A stretch of 44,661 nt of DNA. Source: a virus. Taxonomy: Duplodnaviria > Caudoviricetes. The notes under the pieces are model-generated. The model did not search any database. It was not told the origin of the DNA and was given only the letters and a program-made list of their open reading frames with translations. Positions 43,218 to 44,661 of the stretch are shown here, one piece after another (the stretch's first letter is position 1; each line of letters begins with the position of its first letter). The position numbers were made by a program, and so were the translations under genes. The stretch lies in the IMG/VR virus record IMGVR_UViG_3300032070_000010, positions 1 to 44,661 of that record. One strand, given 5' to 3'.

Positions 43218-44442
43218 AACATGCGTCAGGTGTTCTGATTAACCGAATTGCACCAGTGTCGAGTTCATCGATACCAACATACATGTGGATTGCCACAGTT
43301 GTTGAATCACAATCGATGTCTCGGTCCTGTTCCATCTTCGGTTTCATACCCCATCCTTCTCCAACTGCTCGAGATGAATCGAGAATTACCGCTACAGTTG
43401 TATTGGTAACAGTTGAGCAGACGGTTGCACAGTTGTATTCAATTACATCCAGATTTCCAATTTTGGAAAGTTTATTTCCATCAAAGGATATTTGGAATCC
43501 CTGTTGACTGTTTGCCTGTTGGTATTTGAAGTATGCAGCAAGTTGTGGTCCGAGAATAACCTTATCTGGTCTGTAACCTGCATATCTCATGGCTGCTTCT
43601 TGTGTGATAATCAGATTATATAATCCGATTGCTTGGAAGCAACAACTGTCGAGAGAAGGTCCAGAGCAACACTCATCGAGATGAACGTGTGCAGCAGCAG
43701 ATGTAATCAATTGATTCCAGATTTCGGTATCGACCTGTTCGGCAAGAGCATCGGACATATCCTCAAGAATACCATCCTTTACAATGTCTCCCGCAAGTTG
43801 CAAGTCGAGTTCACAAATCTCAGCAAGGTCACCGTATGAATCCAAGTGTAGACTTACTTTGGTAAATGAACTTGAGACACAAGACAGACACTCACATGGT
43901 CCGAGTGGTCCTTGTGCTGTTCGTTTGCCACGAATACGGATGGAAACAGTATCTCCTTTTCCTCTTTCGAAATCTACGCCACGAACTGTAACTTTACCTG
44001 CTAGTTGTCCTTTGCAATAGAATGCACCCCAAACCATACTGGCAAATGTTTCATTTGGTGTCCAAGCAGATACATCGTTGTCACAACCTGAATCGGAATC
44101 AACGAAATCATATCCACCAGTTACCCACTCAACACTACCATATTCAACTGGAGTGTATTTGTGGTTCTTCATGTATTTGTTTCTGAACACACCGAGGTCA
44201 GATTTTGGTTTCTTGGTTGCCTCGCCTGTTACTTCAATTCCAGTATTTTGTGTTTTACCGATTGCTTCGATAATCTCTTGTTTCAGAGCATCACGTTCTT
44301 TCTTCGCAGCCATCTCTACTTTAACTCGGTCAATTTCTGCCTGTTCATTGCGTAGAGCATCTGATTCTGCTTTAAGTCTTTCTGCCTTTTGTTTTGCAAG
44401 GGCGTTATATTCCGCCTCTGCGTTTTTCAATTCATCACTCAT
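43216..44442 (-). CDS. Major capsid protein (HK97 fold) with an N-terminal coiled-coil scaffold; cysteine-rich
   Basis: Follows the protease. P..F...VW, GDTVSI, ALAEQVD.EI, PDKVILGP, KIGNL.V and YVG...L...AI; strong RBS and a terminator. Confidence 0.88.
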   Translation of the reverse strand: MSDELKNAEAEYNALAKQKAERLKAESDALRNEQAEIDRVKVEMAAKKERDALKQEIIEAIGKTQNTGIEVTGEATKKPKSDLGVFRNKYMKNHKYTPVEYGSVEWVTGGYDFVDSDSGCDNDVSAWTPNETFASMVWGAFYCKGQLAGKVTVRGVDFERGKGDTVSIRIRGKRTAQGPLGPCECLSCVSSSFTKVSLHLDSYGDLAEICELDLQLAGDIVKDGILEDMSDALAEQVDTEIWNQLITSAAAHVHLDECCSGPSLDSCCFQAIGLYNLIITQEAAMRYAGYRPDKVILGPQLAAYFKYQQANSQQGFQISFDGNKLSKIGNLDVIEYNCATVCSTVTNTTVAVILDSSRAVGEGWGMKPKMEQDRDIDCDSTTVAIHMYVGIDELDTGAIRLIRTPDAC

Positions 44443-44534
44443 TATTTTTCCTCCTTCAATTTTCTAATCCTCTCTTTGAAGTCTGCTAATTTTTTAGCAT
44501 CTTCATCACTCATCTTCTCGTCAGCACCGCTAAC
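44442..44534 (-). CDS. Prohead protease, 3' part (VSGADEKM...KLKEEK*)
   Basis: In-frame continuation of the ORF starting at 834. Its TAA overlaps the capsid ATG (TAATG). Confidence 0.8.
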   Translation of the reverse strand, partial: VSGADEKMSDEDAKKLADFKERIRKLKEEK

Positions 44535-44661
44535 GGAAGGTTTTTCATTTTCGCATTTACAATTTTTACAAGATTCGCATGTCTGTTCTATAACAGTATT
44601 GTTATTCGCAAGTCCACAACCTCTCTTGTCATCACACGCACCTTTTATGCAGGTTGTTAAC
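44535..44661. repeat. Terminal direct repeat, right copy
   Basis: Identical to 1-127. Confidence 0.95.

Noticed and set aside
1-44534. Alternative genetic code or stop-codon readthrough
   Set aside because: Core genes are full length in the standard code and all three stop codons are used at coupled gene ends.
44535-44661. 127-bp terminal repeat as a biological direct terminal repeat
   Set aside because: The length equals a common assembly k-mer and the repeat lies inside the protease ORF, so it shows circularity only.

Overview
The window is a complete circular genome of a tailed dsDNA virus (Caudoviricetes, siphovirus-like), 44,534 bp plus a 127-bp assembly overlap (1-127 = 44535-44661). 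The host is very probably an archaeon. Evidence: TATA-type promoters, GGAGG/GGTGA ribosome-binding sites, an Hjc-type resolvase, a prefoldin-like protein, a DUF2341-type adhesin and no recognisable endolysin. Genes diverge from a control region at about 16.2-16.7 kb. The rightward arm (16.7-29.1 kb) carries early and replication genes: HExxH proteins, a pentapeptide-repeat protein, a prim-pol, Hjc, SSB, a cysteine synthase, a deoxyribosyltransferase-like protein and HNH nucleases. The leftward arm carries an AT-rich early island, MazG, a glycosyltransferase/SGNH pair, an SF3 helicase and an exonuclease. It then continues across the contig junction through terminase, portal, protease, capsid, tail and lysis genes. 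No integrase, family B polymerase, methyltransferase, full-length tRNA or CRISPR array was recognised. The most unusual signals are two mini-tRNA (acceptor stem plus T-arm) elements between late genes, a cysteine-rich capsid alongside a viral cysteine synthase, a prefoldin-like head-module gene, a family of small HExxH proteins, standardised GGAGGCGTGAAC gene junctions, and apparent avoidance of several 4-bp palindromes. All protein calls come from motif recognition by eye; no searches were run.
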